From: Octopus sinensis
Lineage: Eukaryota
NCBI RefSeq assembly: GCF_006345805.1
Contig: NC_043007.1
Coordinates: forward strand, 18,104,001 to 18,168,000
Length of the DNA: 64,000 bases
Reading direction: 5' to 3'
Shown here: positions 37,371 to 51,062 of the stretch, in pieces
Layout: each line of letters starts with the position of its first letter
How positions within the stretch are numbered: the stretch's first letter is position 1
Notes under the pieces: generated by a model
What the model saw: the letters and a program-made list of their open reading frames with translations, nothing else
Told to the model about the DNA's origin: nothing
The model's database searches: none
Made by a program: the position numbers and the translations under genes

Positions 37371-38069
37371 AAGACGACCTGCCCATGGTGTCACGTTGTG
37401 GGACCGAACCCAAGATCACATGGTTGGAAAGCAAAGTTTCCTAACCACAGAGCCAGGCCTGTGCCTAAAACGTATACATAATGCAAAAGCAGAAAATTCT
37501 TAATAATTTACTGGAGTTGCCAGACAGTTAGCTGAAAGAATGCCAACACCAACTGAGTAAATAAATACACTGTGAAGTGATCAGAACTGTCTACATATTC
37601 GGTAGGAAAGACATAGTACGGCTAGAGTGTAGCTGGGGTGGTCAATAAAAGTAAGGAGTTTGTTTGGAGATGAATTGGAATTAAACATTATTTCTATTAT
37701 TCTTATTGTGAAGATTTGCAACAAGTAGGAATGAAAGTGTTTAAATTGCTTGAGTACTCTACATAAGCTAAGGAAGGATTTAATCTAGAGATAAACAATA
37801 ATGGCCAAGGCAGATGTTAGAAATAATGCAACCAGAAAGAAAGAAATAAACATTAGAAGTTTAAAAGAGGATTTAGATTTAACAAGTTAAATATTGAAAC
37901 ATTGAAATTGTAGTGTGTGTGTCTAAAAAAAAAAAAAAAAGGTGAAATAAAATTGAATTTAAATAGACAACAGGTGGGGCTTTTATTTTTTGCAGTACAA
38001 TCGTTAATATTGTGTTTACTTAAGAATTAAATTACTTTAAAATGCTAAGAAGCTTAGAGATCAATGTAT

Positions 38070-38103
<34 letters not shown>

Positions 38104-38475
38104 GAATGCGAGCAAACTTGAATCTGCAGAAAAAAAGCTGGATTCCCAGTAGAGCTATTCCACTTCACTTGAGTCTCTCTCGTATGTGTGCTGCTGAGTG
38201 AGCAGATTTCTAACCATAAGCTTTCTATTTTTTTTCCTATTACACATTGTTCCATGTTCCATTTTAGAGAGATTAGGCTGCTACTGTAGCAGGTCAAGCA
38301 ACTATAGACAGAGATTCTCTCTTCCTTCATTGGTTCACTTTGCACCTTATGATTTTCAGCTGAAGTTTAGAGATTGGAGATGGATAAGAATTCATAGATA
38401 AAACCATAAAGGCAATTTTTTAGTGGTGATTTGAAAGGATATAGGATGTTTCTTTCTCAAATATACTTTATGATA

Positions 38476-38858
38476 GGCGCAGGAGTGACTGTGTGGTAAG
38501 TAGCTTGCTTACCAACCACATGGTTCCGGGTTCAGTCCCATTACGTGGCACCTTGGGCAAGTGTCTTCTACTATAGCCTCGGGCCGACCAAAGCCTTTTG
38601 AGTGGATTTGGTAGATGGAAACTGAAAGAAGCCCGTCGTATATGTGTATATGTGTGTGTGTTTGTGTGTCTGTCTCCTCAACATCACTTGACAACCGATG
38701 CTGGTGTGTTTACGTTCTCGTAACTTAGCGGTTCGGCAAAAGAGACCGATAGAATAAGTACTAGGCTTACAAAGAATAAGTCCTGGGGTCGATTTGCTCG
38801 ACTAAAGGTGGTGCCCCAGCATGGCCGCAATCAAATGACTGAAACAAGTAAAAAGAGT
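38476..38858 (+). mobile_element. Nin/Deu-like SINE
   Basis: Near-consensus copy. Confidence 0.85.
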
Positions 38859-41650
38859 AATAGATGTATTTACTCACACCAAAAATTAGCTGTTCTTGAG
38901 GGGAAATTAGTCCAAGTAAAGGAAAATCTTTCTTGAAGAATTCCAACCTCCAACCCTATAATCCATTTGCTTAACGCCCATCTTTCCAAGGCACTATGGA
39001 TTTTAGCAGAGTTATTCGAGGCTGGAATCACTTTCTGTTGCCAATCCATGACTGCTTTTCATGAAAGAGATTTCTTTATTCCACATAGCCACAAAAGTGC
39101 AAAACACTATGGAACATCAAGCAGTAACAAGCATGTGTACGTGTGAATATGAAAATTCATGCATACACATACAAATATGAAGGCCTTTCTGTAGTTGCCT
39201 TGTACCAAATTCCCTCACATGGCATTGTTCAGCTCAGGGCTGTATTAAATACACTTACCCATGATGTCATGCAATGAGACTAAACTCAAAACCACACAGA
39301 TGCCAAGCAAACTTTTTAATCACCCAGCCATGCCTGTTCCAACCCTATACAGTCTCCAATAATTCCCTACCCAAAGAATAAGAAGAAAGAAGCACAATGT
39401 TAGTCTGACAAGAACTTGCAACTATTAGTTATATAAAGATGAAAGAAGTGACTTGAAATCTTTGCCGTTTCACACAGAATATTTGTTTAAGAAGGCGGCG
39501 AGCTGGCAGAAACATTAGCAGGATTCCAGGTCCGGATTCGTTCTGTTTTGTTTTTAATTTACTCACAGAGTTGGCCTTTGGATTATAAAAATTGTTATTG
39601 TACAAAAAAAATTTGTCGCAAAAAGTCAATGTAAAAAAATTGCCAAAAACAATCACAGCGATGAAAATTTGGGAATCCAAAATCTCAGGATTGTGGTCTA
39701 GATTCAGCCTGGAACGTTTTAATTTACTCACAGAGTCAGCCTGATTCCCAAATGGTATGATACGTCGGGCTATGGCCTCTAGGAGCAAAGTTGGAAAAGT
39801 GTGACACACTGACACGACTATGATGATGATGATGATGATTATATTAAGGCAGCAAGCTGGCAGAATCGTTAGCATGCTGGGCAAAATGCTTAGCGATATT
39901 TCATCTGCCATTAAGTTTTGAGTTCAAATTCCGCCAAGGTCGACTTTGCCATTCATCCTTTCAGGGTTGATAAAATTAGTACCAGTTATGTACTGGGGTT
40001 GATGTAATCAACTTAATCCCTTCCCAAAATTTGAGTGCTTCCAGCAGAAAGGATTTATTAAAGTTGAAAAGTTGACACACTGACATTCACATTTATTATA
40101 TTAGATATGTTTAATTTTGGCAAAACTTTATTTCAATTAAAGTGTATTTTTTATATATATATATATATATATATAAAACAAATATGATAATGTTCAGTAT
40201 GTTGACGACAGGAATTTCTGTCAAAAAGACATGGTTAAACAAAGTCAAACATCATCTCCCTCTTTTTCTCACACACCCACTCTTTTTCTCTCTCTCTTAT
40301 TATTACTTCCACTGCCACCATCAACACTACTACTTTTAATAAAACATCAACTCTCCCTAAATATCTTTGTCTCTCTGTCTTCATCACTGCCCCCACCATC
40401 TCTATGCCTACTATTACCCTCACCCCAACATGAGGAGTAGTAGAAATGTCATTGAATAGTGAGAGGGGGGGGGCTCAAAGTGTGACATACTGACACACAG
40501 AAATTAGTTTTTGCATTTATTATATTAGATTCATTCACATTGTTTTCGATCAATCATATACTATCTTATAGCTTTCAGATTTTAATGGTGTGACTGTTTA
40601 TTTTTAGAATGACATTGTAGGGTAGGTGCAAGCAGTCAGATCTGGCCAGTTTGTGCATAGAATAAGTACAATATTTGGGCCGGACATGGTCGGTTTAAAT
40701 GCTAAAGGGTTGATGATGATGGTAGTGGTGGTGGTGACGATGAGGATGGTGACAATGATGATTAATCTATGGATAGAATACAAACAACAAACAATAAAGC
40801 TCTGATACATCTAACTTAAATATGTTGAACCACATGCCACCATAACTCTGAATTCCATATTAATATTATGGCATAGCATTTGCATCAAATATATAAAGAT
40901 TACACTAGTCTGGAAGACAGGTATTGTTCCTTGCAGCAAATAAAGACATCTACCAGCACTTACAAAAGACATATAGGAAAAATCAATCGCAGCTTGGTAT
41001 ATTTATATTACTTATTCCTAAGAGGGACGTGAAGCAGATTAGATTTGAATTAAAATGCACAGGACACAGAACTGGATATTGCTAAGCATCACCTGTATAA
41101 ACTCCAGTGTAAATAATGTTGGCCAAATATGTTTAGTATTGAATTTATTTCTAACAAAGACACTAGATAAAAAAAATTGTGTGTGTGGTGGTGGTGGGGG
41201 GGGGGGAATCGTAACTAGACCAATCCTAGTAATTGAGCTCAAGGTATATATTTTATGCATCTAAGGCGGCGAGCTGGTAGAAACGTTAGCGTGCCAGGCG
41301 AAATGCTTAGCGGTATTTCGTCTGCTACTATGTTCTGAGTTCAAATTCCGCCGAGGTCGACTTAGCCTTTCATCCTTTCGGGGTTGATTAAATAAGTACC
41401 AGTTACACACTGGGGTCGATATAATCGACTTAACCCATTTGTCTGTCCTTGTTTGTCCTCTCAGTGTTCACAAGAACTACATCATCATTTAACTCTTTAG
41501 CATTTAAACTAGTCATATCTGGCCAAAATATTCCACCAGTTTTATGCTCAAACTGGCCAGATTTGGTCTCTCAGACCAACTCTCAAAATCATTCTAAAAA
41601 TCAACAGTCACTTCATCAGATTTTCAAAGCCACAAGGTAATACATGATTA

Positions 41651-42165
41651 CCATAAATCTTCGAGTATAGTCAGCCCTTGAGTATAATATGCAGGGGATT
41701 TTTAGGGGGCTGTACCTCTGAAAAACCAAAACCTTGTGTATAATACGCACTCCTTCTCTAACTTGAGTCATGCGTAATTAAGCTAGCAGCACCTAGTCGA
41801 ACACTTCCGCGCAAGTGTAACACAATAATGATATTCTTAATTGTCATATGGGAATGTAAATATGTTTGCAAATTGTTTTTGTCACATGTTATTCTGTGTT
41901 CTGAATACTTTTATTTTAATAAATGTTGCTTACTGCAAGTTATGGATGATTCTTTTATGACTTCATTGCTTTCAGGCTTAGCTTAAGGTATTTTCGCACC
42001 CGACATCACAAAATGCATCTGAATAAACATTGCCGGACACCAAATAGAGACTCGGACATTGCTCAGAAAATATTTTTCATTTTTAACCTCGTATATAGTA
42101 CGCACTAGGGATTTTGACTTTTAAATTTTGGGGAAAAAATGCGGATTATACTCGAGGATTTATCG
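41651..42165. mobile_element. pogo/Tigger-like MITE
   Basis: TA-flanked TIRs CCATAAATCTTCGAGTATAGTC / GATTATACTCGAGGATTTATCG. Confidence 0.7.
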
Positions 42166-43435
42166 TAATTGAAAACAGTGTGAATAAGTAAGCACAGCAT
42201 TTGAAAGAATAATGTAAATATTAAAGGGTTAATGTTCCTTTTCCCATGTTGGCATAGGAAACATTGGTCAACAGGAACCAATGAGCTAGAGGGCTGCAGC
42301 TGAGCTGCCAATGACCAATTTTGCATAGTTTCTACACCTGGATGTACTTACTGATGCTATCCACTTAACAGAGTCTGCTGGGTACTTTTTCCATGGCACC
42401 AGTAAGGTCACCAAGAACTCACAAGACAAAAGCCCCTCAACTGAGTAGGGCATAGTATTGAAAGATGTGAATGTATGCTAGATGGACAAGAACAAGTGTC
42501 TGACAGGGTAAATACATTACTTCATCAGCTGCAGACAGACAGAATACCGATAGAGGAACAGAAAAAGTGGGTCAGCAGGTAAGTGTACGAGACTGTGAAA
42601 AGAATGTGATATATGATTCAAGGTGGGGGATTGAAGTGAACATAGTCAATATCAGTTGGGAGAGAAACAATAGAAATTAAATTTCAAATATATCTCTTTA
42701 CACCTTATATTCTTATACTGTGTGACCATCAGTGTTGTTGGCCACAGATTTCAAAGCATGCCAACCACTTGTTACCTCTATTTTCAATGGCATAGGTGAA
42801 AAGTGAGTGTTATGCAACTTAGGTAGAATAAATTTCAGTTTGATGCATTAGTTTATTAGGGCTTGTTTTCTTTTCGACCCTTTAGAATTGGAATTTTTGA
42901 AAAGTAAAAATTTTGCATTATGTAGCTTGTTATTCTCTTTAAGTGAACATTTTTCTGGTTGAAGTACACCGAAAAATGGCGACACAGCAGTAAAAAAAAA
43001 TCGTAAAAAATAGGGATTTTCATAGGAAAAAACCCTATTTTTTTTAATGTAAATAATTTTTCTATCATACTCTCAATTTTGGTCAACTTGCGCCGCAAGG
43101 TCTCGGAAGAGTTAGGGTTAGTTGAAGGCTACCAAACCTGCCATACACAGACAACTTCAGCTTTAAATATAGAGTTTTCCTCAAGTTCTCAATTATTTGA
43201 CACACACGCGTAGTGGTGAATAGTGAGAATGCGTGCTCAACACTGCATTTGGTGGATAAACAATACTGCAGACATTTATTCATAAATTTTATAAAAATAC
43301 ACACAAATTTCCACACGAAAACACGTAGTCTCTGCCCTAGGCACATAACTTCAACCGTGTTATTTCTGATGTGAATTTGCTACCCAGGTATCGGTTAAAC
43401 GAATTATCCATAAAAAGATATTTCATTTTTCTACT

Positions 43436-43486
<51 letters not shown>

Positions 43487-44223
43487 CTGTGTCTGTGTGT
43501 GTGTGTGTGTGTCTGAGTTTATACATGTTCCCCCACTACCACTTGATAACTGGTATTGGTGAGTTTACATCCACATAACCTAGCAATTCATCAAAAAAGA
43601 GACCGATAGAATAAGTACCAGGCTTGAAAAAAAAAAAAAAAAAAATTACTGGGGCTGATTCATTTGACTGAAAAATTCTTCAAGGTCTGGAATGGCCATG
43701 AAACAAGTAAGGCGGAGAGCTGGCAGAAACGTTAGCATGCCATGCTTAGCGGTATTTCATCTGTCAGTACATTCTGAGTTCAAATTTTACCAGTTGACTT
43801 TACCTTTCATCCTTTTGGGGTCGGTAAAATAAGTACCAGTTGAACACTGGGGATGATGTAATTGACTCATTCCCTCCTGAAAAATTGCTGCCCTTGTGGC
43901 AAAATTTGAAACCAAAGGTGGCAAGCTGGCAGAAACGTTAGACACCGGGCGAAATGCTTAGTGGTATTTCGTCTGTCTTTACATTCTGAGTTCAAATTCT
44001 ACAAAGGTCAACTTTGCCTTTCATCCTTGGGGGGGTTGATAAATTGAGTACCAATTGGACCTTGTGTCCAGGGTACAAAAGAAAAGAATAAAAGATACAG
44101 TTCACTTCAAAATCACATTGTTACAGGCTTGATCCCTTGTATGAGACACTCTGGGCAAGTGCTTTCTACAATAGCCTCATGTTGAACAATATTTAACTCA
44201 GTAGCATTTTGATTATTCAGTCA

Positions 44224-44264
<41 letters not shown>

Positions 44265-44267
<3 letters not shown>

Positions 44268-44875
44268 GTGGCACGTAAAAAGCACCATCCGATCGTGGCC
44301 GTTGCCAGCCTCGTCTGGTACCTGTGCCAGTGGCACGTAAAAAGCACCCACTACACTCATGGAGTGGTTGGCGTTAGGAAGGGCATCCAGCTGTAGAAAC
44401 ATTGCCAGGTCAGACTGGGCCTGGTGCAGCCTTCTGGCTTCCCAGACCCCAGTTGAACCGTCCAACCCATGCTAGCATGGAAAGCAGGCGTTAAACGATG
44501 ATATATATAACTGGCACTCCGTTGGTTATGACGACTAGTCCCACTACGTGGATCTTGGGCAAGTGTCTTCTACTATAGCCTCAGGCCAACCAAAGCCTTG
44601 TGAGTGGATTTGGTTGATGGAAACTGAAAGAAGCCCATTGCAAATATGTGTGTGTGTGTGTGCATATGTTTTGTGTATCTGTGTGTGTTCTCCCAGCATC
44701 GCTTGACAACCGATGCTGGTGTGTTTACATTCCAGTAACTTAGCGGTTTGGCAAAAGAAACCGATAAAATAAGTACTACATTTATAAAGAATAAGTACTG
44801 GGGTCAATTTGCTTCACTAAAGGTGGTGCTCCAGCATGGTCACAGTCAAATGACAAACAAAAGAATAAAAGAAAA
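44265..44875 (+). mobile_element. RTE 3' UTR copy followed by a 5'-truncated Nin/Deu-like SINE
   Basis: Family matches within the window. Confidence 0.75.
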
Positions 44876-45197
44876 GAACGGTTCCAGTTTATCTGATCAA
44901 CGGAAGAGCCTGCCCCTGAAATTAACCTGCAAGTGGCTGAGCAATCCACAAACACATGTACTCTTAAGATAGTTCTCAGGGAGATTCAGCGTGACATAAA
45001 ATGTGACAAGGCTGGCCCTTTGAAATACAGGTACTACTTGTATTTGCCAGCTGAATGGAATGGAGCAATGTGAAATAAAGTGTCTTGCTCAAGGACACAA
45101 CACATTGCCAGGAATTGAACTCATGATCTTAACCCTTTAGTTACCATATTTCTGTTGAGATACTCTGTGTTTCTTTCAGCTAATTTTAAATGTATAT

Positions 45198-45426
45198 TTC
45201 TTTATTGCCCACAAGGGGCTAAACACAGAGGGGACAAAGAAGGACAGACAAACGGATTAAGTGGATTATATCGACCCCAGTGCGTAACTGGTACTTAATT
45301 TATCCACCCCGAAAGGATGAAAGGCAAAGTCGACCTCGGCGGAATTTGAACTCAGAACGTAACGACAGACGAAATACGGCTATGCATTACGCCCAGCGTG
45401 CTAACATTTCTGCCAGCTCGCCGCCA
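45198..45426 (-). mobile_element. Full-length Meta-like SINE
   Basis: Inserted in an inverted piggyBac-type MITE; near-consensus. Confidence 0.8.
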
Positions 45427-45719
45427 AGTAAAATAACTTAGTTATCTATTATTAAGCTAGTGTTAGGAACATAAATTGCAACTAAGGTTTGGTGGATAAT
45501 TTTAATTCAGAACTTTGAAAATAAGACATTTGTACTACAGAGCCAAAAGCGGTTTCAGGTGAATTGGTATCAAAAGGGTTAAGCCATACTTATTTATTAA
45601 CATTGTTTTGAATTAATCACGCATTATCTTGTGGTTTCAAGAATTTGATAAAGTGAGATGTTTAATCAGGCAAGTTTGAACATAAAAGTAGCAGAATGTT
45701 TTGGCTGGATACAGCCAGT

Positions 45720-46475
45720 TTAACCCTTTTGCTACCAACCCGGCTGAAACCGGTTCTGGCTCTGAGTACAAATGTCTTGTTTTCATAAGTTTTGAATTAA
45801 AATCTTCCACCAAAAATTAGTCACAATTTATGTTTCAAACACTGGCTTAATGATAATTAAGTTATTTTACTAAATCCTTTGTTATATTTAAAGTAATTGA
45901 AAGAAACACAGAGCATCTCATCAGAAATACGGTAACTAAAGGGTTAAAGTCACCATGATATTTTTAACCAGCCCTTCTGAAACCAACCCAGCTGAGACCA
46001 CCTCTGGCTCTGTAGTACAAATGTCTTGTTTTCATACCACCTCTGGCTCTGTAGTACAAATGTCTTGTTTTCATAAGTTTTGAATTAAAATCTTCCACCA
46101 AAAATTAGTCACAATTTATGTTTCAAACACTGGCTTAATGATAACTAAGTTATTTTACTAAATCCTTTATTATATCTAAAGAAACACAGAGCATCTCATC
46201 AGAAATATGGTAACTAAAGGGTTAAAGTCACCATGATATTTTTAACCAACCCTTCTGATACCAACCCGCCTTAAACCGCCTCTGGCTCTGTAGTACAAAT
46301 GTCTTGTTTTCATTAGTTTTGAATTCAAATCTTCCACCAAACGTTAGCCACAATTTATGTTCCTAACACTAGCTGAATGATAACTAAGTTATTTTACTAA
46401 ATCCTTTGTTATATTTAAAATTAATTGAAAGAAACACAGAGCATCTCAAAATAAATACAGTAACAAAAGGGTTAA
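45720..46475. mobile_element. Three-unit head-to-tail piggyBac-type MITE array
   Basis: GGGTTAA ends at 45947, 46225 and 46475. There is an internal duplication of about 38 bp at 45998-46074. Confidence 0.8.
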
Positions 46476-47122
46476 GTTAAATTTGCTAGATAGAAGCTGT
46501 ATAGAAGTCCATGTGGATGTGCATGGATTAGTGGTTAGGGTATTAGACTCATGATTGCAAGATTGTAGTTTCAATTCCTGGAGAGGGTGACACATTGTGT
46601 TGTTGAGCAAAACACTTCATTTCACATTACTCCAATCCAATCAGCTGGCAAAAAGAATAATCTTGCAACGGACTGGTGTCTCATCCTGCTACAAAATATA
46701 TACACCATGAACTTTACTTTATGAAAGTCCATTGTATTTGTGTATGAATGTGTGTGTGTTGTACATTGACACTGCTTAGCTAACAGTAACATTTATTTAT
46801 GTCTTACACAAACTATATGTTAGCAGCTCAGTAGTTCAATGAATGAAGACCAGTGGAGTGAAGTATCTTGCTTTTAGAGTGGTTTCACTCATTGCAATGT
46901 GGTCATGCTGGAGCACTGCTTCGAAGGGCTTTAGTTAATCACTACACCATATGCCACAGGCATATGGTGTAGTGGTTAAGAGCACAGGCTAACCCCAAGA
47001 TTCTGAGTTTGATTCCAGGCAGTGACAAGAAGAAGAAGAACAACAACAACAGTAGTAGTAGTAGTAATAATAACATCGGAATATACCTTAGGAATGAGAA
47101 CCCAGGTTCGAAATTTCCCCAA

Positions 47123-47168
47123 GACACCTGATGAAGGCCGGAAGGTATATCAGCCAAAACGTTATGTT
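47123..47168 (+). ncRNA. Degenerate minimal hammerhead motif (Penelope-type terminus)
   Basis: GACAC-CTGATGA-A-GGC...GCC-AAAA-CGTT-ATGTT. The CTGATGA core is intact, but GAAA reads AAAA and stem I has one mismatch. Confidence 0.55.
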
Positions 47169-48194
47169 AACAACAAACAAGATGAGGACAAATATCTGTC
47201 AATTGTAAATAATGTAAGTAAAGTACAAATCTATCTCAGTTTTTATTATCTAAGTCTTGTACTTATTCTATTGGTCTCTGTTTGCTGAACTACTTACTTG
47301 AAAAACAAAAGTTGACATCAGAAAGGACATATGACGTAGAAAGCTGCATTGAGAAGTTTTGTCCATTTTTTTTTTTTTTTAAAGTCTGGTACTTATTCTA
47401 TCAGTATCGTTTGCCAAAACACTAAGTTATAGGAATGTAAACAAACTAACACCACTTATCAAATAGATAGGAGGGGCAAACACAAAATCAAAGACACATG
47501 TACACGCATATATACATACATACACACACACAAACACACACAAGAGGCTTCTGCATAGTTTCCATCAACCAAATTCACTCATATAGCATTGATTGGCCTA
47601 GAGCTATAGTAGAAGTACCTGAAACCATGTGGTTGAAAAGCAAATTTCTTAACCACACAGCCATGTACTCTTTAGACGTTAGTTATGATTTCGTGAGCGG
47701 AAGAGATTTGGCTGATGTTTCGAGCAAGTTGAGCAACCACATAAAGATACTCCCCTGTGAGTTAAGTGCATTGCTGTAATTAGCAATAGCTATAATTATT
47801 TTGATAATGATGATCATCATAACAACAATGATGGTAATCAACTCCTACCAAAATAAGTGGCTGGCAGTTATAAATAAGACTTAAGTCGCCATATAATCAA
47901 ACTTATACATTTTATAAGAGTACAAGGCATTGTCAATCATTTACAGCAAGATGGGTCATGATTTCCTCTTGAAAACATTTCAGATGAAAACGATATACTG
48001 AAGACAAAGATAAATATGTTCAAACTTGTCTCTGCCAGAGATATTCATCTGAAGGTCTGTGAAGATTTAACCAATAAATATAGTAACATCATCATCATTT
48101 AATGTCCATTTTTCCATGCTTGCATAGATCAGGTGGAATTTGTTGGGAAAGATTTTCAATGGCTGGATGCCCTTTCTGTAAACAACCCTCGTCT

Positions 48195-48510
48195 GTTTTT
48201 GTTGTTGCTTGTTCCATCTCGAGCCACGCCTGGCTCATAAGGACCGGTTTCCCGGTTTCTTGGCGTATAGGTTCCCCACCTGGACGAGACGCCGGTCCAT
48301 CGCAGGTGAGCTGCAAGATGCAGGAGGAAAGAGTGAGAGAAAGTTGTGGCGAAAGAGTGAGCAGAAGTTTCGCCGTTACCTTCTGCCGGAGCCGCGTGGA
48401 GCTTAGGTGTTTTCACTCATAAACACACACATCGTCCGGTCTGAGATTCGAACCTGCAATCCCTCGACCGCGAGTCCGCTGCTCTAACCACTAGGCCATG
48501 TGCCTCCACC
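48195..48510 (-). mobile_element. Ceph-like SINE
   Basis: Reverse complement of the 17668-17965 type. Confidence 0.8.
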
Positions 48511-48639
48511 TTCATCTGTTTCCAAGCAAGGTAATGTTTTCATGGCCTCACATGCTTTTTCATAGAAAACTGGTAACAAGCAACATCACGTTTTATAGTG
48601 ATGCTTGTTTATAATCATGACATGAGGTCAAGACAAATA

Positions 48640-48930
48640 ATTGAGCTGATTCGCGATGTCCTCCTTCCACCTCCACTTCCCGACTAGCGCAAACGCGCAG
48701 GTGGGCAGCTGAAGGCCTGGGCAACAACGATAAAGGAGGACCTCTCCGAACTCTCAGGTCTGCAGGTGGTCGGTCTGCGAAGATGGAACTGCGAATGGCT
48801 CGCTATCTCCAGTGTCCTTGCACAGGACCGTCGAGCATGGGCCGCCATGGTTCGTGATGCCATCAGGACCAGAGAAGAAGCCGGCTCAACCCACCCTGGG
48901 TGAACGCCGTCACAAGTACAAGTACAAAAC
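48640..48930 (+). mobile_element. RTE-like LINE 3' end (second family) with an (ACAAGT)n tail
   Basis: Frame WATTIKEDL...LAQDRRAWAAMVRDA...GSTHPG*. A related copy lies at 62929-63170. Confidence 0.7.
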
Positions 48931-50659
48931 AAATAGAAAAAAGGTAAAGATTCCTTTTTGAGTCATACTGACTCATAAGGGCCGGTTTCCCAGATTCTAT
49001 GGCATGTATATTCCCCACCTGGATGGGACACCAGTCCATCACAGAATTACTCACTTTCATCAGCTGAGTGGACAGGAGCAATGTGAAATGAAGTGTCTTG
49101 CTCAAAAATACAATGCACTGCCCGGTCCAAGTATCAAAACCACAATCTTACAATCATGAGACCAACACCCTAACCACAAAGCCACATGCCTCTACAGCTC
49201 AAGACAAAAGAACACATAAACACACATAGAAAACTTCTTTAAGTTTCTGCCTACTGAATCCACTTACAAGGCTTCGGTCAGCCTGGGGTTATATTAGAAG
49301 ACACTGCCCAAGGTGCCATGCGGTGGAACTGAACCCAAGATCGCATTGTTGGGAAGCAAGCTTCTTAACCACTCAGCCAGCCTAACAAGGTATGAAATAG
49401 TAATAACTTTGATCCTGCTATAAACAGGATCAAATATTGGTTTCAAATTTTGGCACAAGGCCAGCATGTACGAGGAAGGGGTCAGTCAGTTACATCAAAC
49501 CCCCCACCCACCCACCCACTGCTCAACTGATACTTATTTTATCGACCCTGAAAAGATGAAAGGCAAAACTGACCTTGGCAGAATTTGAATTCAGAACATA
49601 AACACAGATGAAATACTGCTAAGCATTTAGTTCGACTGCTAACAATTCCACCCGTTTGCCACCTTAAACAGGATCAAATATTAACAAGAATATTTATGTT
49701 AAAAAATTTTGGCTTTTTGCCTTTTTTGCTACAACGACGACTTGTTGATTAGCAAGGTGCATATTCTCTCCATACAAGATTACTTGTTCTACTTTTCTCT
49801 CCTCTTTCCATCAGCCATGTCTCACCTCCTAGATTCTGTATTAAATACTTCAGCTAATTCTTCTACCCCAGAAGTTATCTCTCTCAAATTTACTTCCTCC
49901 CTATAATTTTGCCTGCAGATATTAACAAACAGATGTTAAAAGTTGAACATTTCTATGACATCTGTCTCCCCAGGCATGAGTCAGGCTATCTGCTAAAGTT
50001 GTAGGCACTACTCTTTCTTTGATGAAAGAGTTTTTAGCAACTCTAAAAAAAGGTCACAAACTAAATATATGGAAAGGAAAAGAGTCAACTTGTGGAAGTA
50101 TTTGTTGATGCTGTAAAGAATGTTCATCACATGAGAATTAATACTTCAGAGATTGTGGAGATATAAATGTTGAATACACAGCTTTTTGTTATATTCTCCA
50201 CTCCAGTGGCTTTAAAGAAGTTGATAGTTCTGGTTCAAGTTTTCCAACTATGTAAGGAAATTCTCACATGTTTCACCAGTACAAGAACCAACTTTGTGAC
50301 TTTTTTTTTTCAATATCTCAAGGTGAAACATCATCAAATAGGATTACATGCTTTCCATAAATAAAAAAAAACTTTGAATTTATCACTGACATCGGGCAAT
50401 AACTTTTAGTTTTTGTTTTTCTCTGCCAATTAGCAAGAACCAAGGATATCAGGCTCTGTTAATGCTTGGTAATAAAATGTCAAGAAAGTAAACTTTGCCA
50501 ATTTTTCTTATATGCAAACAACTTTCATTTGCTTCATAACCTTTTAATGTTCGGTTTCCCAAGCAAAATACTTCTCCATAGCCAGACATGCTGGTCACGG
50601 AAAAATGAAAATGAACAGCCTCACCTGTATAACATGGTAATAATAACGATGCTTATTTA

Positions 50660-51062
50660 CAACCATCATCATCATTGTTTGTCCGTGGTCGAGACAATGG
50701 AATTTACCATGATACGCCAGACTTCACGGTCCATCATAGCACTACGGAGGTCCTGTTGCTGGATGCCTGTATCCCTGGAGATTACATCAGGGTAGGAGAG
50801 TGTGCACCCTCTGGTATCGCAAGCAGATGGCTTCCAGAGGAGAAGAGTAGAAATTACTTCTTTTTCAGCTCTACAACAATGTCCAGCAAACTGGACTCTT
50901 CTACCTTTCACAAGAGATGATAAAGGTGGTAATTTCCTGTATATTTGTACTTTGGTTGGATGGCGCTTCCACGAGAGATTTTGAGCTCTCATAAGGAGGC
51001 GAGTGTAAGTTCCATCCAACCGCCTCTCAAGCTTCTTTACAACCATCATGCGATGTCGAGAC
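50660..51062 (-). mobile_element. RTE-like LINE 3' end (third family) with a (TGA)n tail
   Basis: Open frame LDGTYTRLL...SWKRHPT...RRVQFAGHC.R...LLLW...AMMDREVW. Confidence 0.8.

Noticed and set aside
39429-39911. 160-aa minus ORF with two GTGAGT donors and a good acceptor
   Set aside because: It is made of a SINE head, (GAT)n and a Helitron-like AAAGTGTGACACACTGAC repeat (also at about 40070 and 40480). The duplicated donor is an internal repeat.
42530-42578. Plus-strand exon candidate ending CAG|GTAAGT
   Set aside because: It is contiguous with degenerate repeat sequence, the peptide is unrecognised, and there are no partner exons.
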